IMG/VR virus record: IMGVR_UViG_3300017917_002762
Span: 32,001-96,000 of that record
Direction: 5' to 3' (one strand)
DNA: 64,000 nucleotides
DNA from: a virus
Under the pieces are notes generated by a model that did no database searches, was not told the origin of the DNA, and was given only the letters and a program-made list of their open reading frames with translations. Below, one piece after another: positions 62,100 through 64,000 of the stretch. The stretch's first letter is position 1, and every line of letters begins with the position of its first letter. The translations under genes and the position numbers were made by a program.

Positions 62100-63998
62100 T
62101 TATTTATTTGATATTTGTAATTTTGTATTAATAAATTTAAATAACATTTTTATATCATGTTCTGTTATTTTTTCACATTGAGGTGTATTACAAGGATTTT
62201 CTTGAGGTATTAAATTATACCCTTTAGGACATTGATAATCATATTTATAAAATGATGTTTTACCTTTTGTACTAAACAATATATTTAAACTGTTATCTGA
62301 TGTTGCAGATATTATTTCACTATTTGTATTGTTATATATTTCAGCAGCAAACATTCCAGGATTACCTAAATCCATAGCTTCAAGAGATATTTTATGTACA
62401 CCAGCTGTTAATGTTACAGGAACAATTAAAAATAACTGATATGGTCCAGCAATTGAAGATTCAAATATAGAATTTGCTGGACAAGTTGGACATAAAGGAT
62501 TTAATGAACTAAATGAAGGTTGTAATGTATAATTTTTAATAACTTCATAAGGATCAATTATTCCTGTTATTGAATTTGGTGTTGTAGATTCTAAAGATAA
62601 AATAATATTATTATCTAATTTTAATCTGTATAAATTATCAGCAGCTACGCCTATATAATAAGTTTTATCTGCATCCACTGTAAAACATTCTTCAAAACCT
62701 ATCCATGTATTTATAGGAGAACTATTACTCCAAACAGCAATATCATTAATTTTTTGTTTCCAATAATTAGTTGATAATATATTAATATTATTTATTATTC
62801 CATTATAAGAAATACTAGGTGCTAATGCTGCCCCAAATTTACCCCAACTTATATATTTAACAGGTATTAAATTATAATTAGTAGGTGGTGTTGCAGGAAT
62901 ACTTTCTACAGGTGGTGGTGTATTTTTTCTTAATAATACTTTATTTATATTATGTCTAAATTTTTTATGTTGTATTGCACTTTTATAATAATCAACTGCA
63001 CTTGGATTTATGTACCAAACATATCCATTATCTAATGTAACAATTAAATTATTTTTAACATTAGTAAATTCACCTCTATCTTTTGTTATATCATAAAATT
63101 GATTTAATCTATATTTTTGTTCTTCTTTTGAAAATAAAATTTCAGTAGAACCTGTAGGATTAATAATAGGATAATTAAGATATACAAATGGATTATTTTT
63201 TGGTTTTATATTTAAATTTAATAAACCAGAAATTTGTTCTGAATTATAAACAATTGCAGAATCAAAATTATAATCTAATACGTGAAATTTATCTTGACCA
63301 TTATTATTGTATTTATAAGCTTCTAAATAATATTCAATGTTTTTAATAGTTGTAATTTCAGATCCTGTAGATACAACATATTCTATTTCAAATGGATAAT
63401 TTTTATTGTAAAAATTACAATAACTATCCCATCTATTATTATGTTTCCACAATGAACTATTTTTACCACATTCATTATAAGAAGTTAAAAAATGTGTTTT
63501 AGATGGTAACATAAATGTAGGATGCCAATCATGAAAACTTAACCATTGTTTATTTTTTAAATCATAAGATATGGTCCAAGAAACATCTTTAAAATAAGTT
63601 GTATCACAAGTTTTAATTGGTATATAATTTACTTGTTGAATTGGTGGTTGTGTTACCTCTACAGGTGTTAATGAAATAGTATCTAAAATTGTAGAGCTAT
63701 TTACATAAGTTTCTCCAGGGACAAATGTTTTATTTGGTGCTAAAGTAGCATCATAATCATAACTTGTATAACTAATATTAGAATTATCAGAACGATATGT
63801 TGTAAAAATAGGATTTAAATCATCTAAAGATGTTGCATTTATTAAATCATTTAAAGTATTATTTAAAACCATTATACCACTTTGAGCTAATGCTTTAAAT
63901 GTTATAGTATGTTTACCAGCAGATAATGTTATTGGAAAAATATGTAAAAAAGAATTATAAAAATTACGAGCATCAAATCCTGAATAAATTGAAGTTGG
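62100..63998 (-). CDS. Tail (stabilisation/muzzle-type) protein, 5'-truncated by the window edge, with PA14-like inserts
   Basis: The frame stays open upstream of track start 63872 to the edge (PTSIYSGFDARNFYNSFLHIFPITLSAGKH...). WTISYD..WLSFHDW.P, NFY..YPFEIEY and HKKFRH resemble crAss-like tail proteins. Confidence 0.65.
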   Translation of the reverse strand, partial: PTSIYSGFDARNFYNSFLHIFPITLSAGKHTITFKALAQSGIMVLNNTLNDLINATSLDDLNPIFTTYRSDNSNISYTSYDYDATLAPNKTFVPGETYVNSSTILDTISLTPVEVTQPPIQQVNYIPIKTCDTTYFKDVSWTISYDLKNKQWLSFHDWHPTFMLPSKTHFLTSYNECGKNSSLWKHNNRWDSYCNFYNKNYPFEIEYVVSTGSEITTIKNIEYYLEAYKYNNNGQDKFHVLDYNFDSAIVYNSEQISGLLNLNIKPKNNPFVYLNYPIINPTGSTEILFSKEEQKYRLNQFYDITKDRGEFTNVKNNLIVTLDNGYVWYINPSAVDYYKSAIQHKKFRHNINKVLLRKNTPPPVESIPATPPTNYNLIPVKYISWGKFGAALAPSISYNGIINNINILSTNYWKQKINDIAVWSNSSPINTWIGFEECFTVDADKTYYIGVAADNLYRLKLDNNIILSLESTTPNSITGIIDPYEVIKNYTLQPSFSSLNPLCPTCPANSIFESSIAGPYQLFLIVPVTLTAGVHKISLEAMDLGNPGMFAAEIYNNTNSEIISATSDNSLNILFSTKGKTSFYKYDYQCPKGYNLIPQENPCNTPQCEKITEHDIKMLFKFINTKLQISNK

Positions 63999-64000
63999 AA

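Noticed and set aside
1-64000. Stop-codon reassignment (TAG to Gln or TGA to Trp), known in some crAss-like phages
   Set aside because: Genes up to 5123 aa are open in the standard code, coding density is high, and TAG and TGA act as real stops (17113, 3351, 28128).
1-64000. tRNA or rRNA genes
   Set aside because: Intergenic gaps are short, and no cloverleaf with a T-loop GTTCRA or rRNA-like stretch was found by eye. The GTTCAGA at 16289 is the intron R element.

Overview
A 64-kb segment of a very AT-rich crAss-like (Crassvirales-type) phage genome read in the standard genetic code. The host is probably a Bacteroidota species: starts are A-rich without Shine-Dalgarno motifs, and the lysis genes are Bacteroidota-style. 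Positions 1-2586 (+) hold the tail of an upstream gene, a VWA protein, small ORFs and an attC-like hairpin. Positions 2694-6923 (-) are a mostly GC/CpG-shifted lysis and fibre island (M15 endolysin, u-spanin, three holin-like genes, a fibre-like protein). Positions 7002-22870 (+) are the replication and nucleotide-metabolism module: DnaA-domain-IV-like protein, DnaB helicase, Sak4-like ATPase, SSB, primase, HNH, thioredoxin, PD-(D/E)xK exonuclease, family B DNA polymerase split by a 950-nt group I intron carrying a GIY-YIG gene, dNMP kinase, DUF1937, dCTP deaminase, SPL-like radical SAM enzyme and a cyclic-phosphate-processing receiver domain. Positions 22885-64000 (-) are the virion cargo and tail module, including a 5123-aa virion RNA polymerase polyprotein and several polyvalent proteins. 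The most unusual signals are (i) about 25 copies of an xxxG(G) motif that separate modules in the upstream virion proteins, (ii) an ART writer plus NADAR and macro-like erasers among the putative injected proteins, (iii) motif-bounded domain cassettes in paralogous cargo proteins and (iv) an integron attC-like site at the edge of the foreign island. All family assignments come from reading motifs by eye; no database searches were run.
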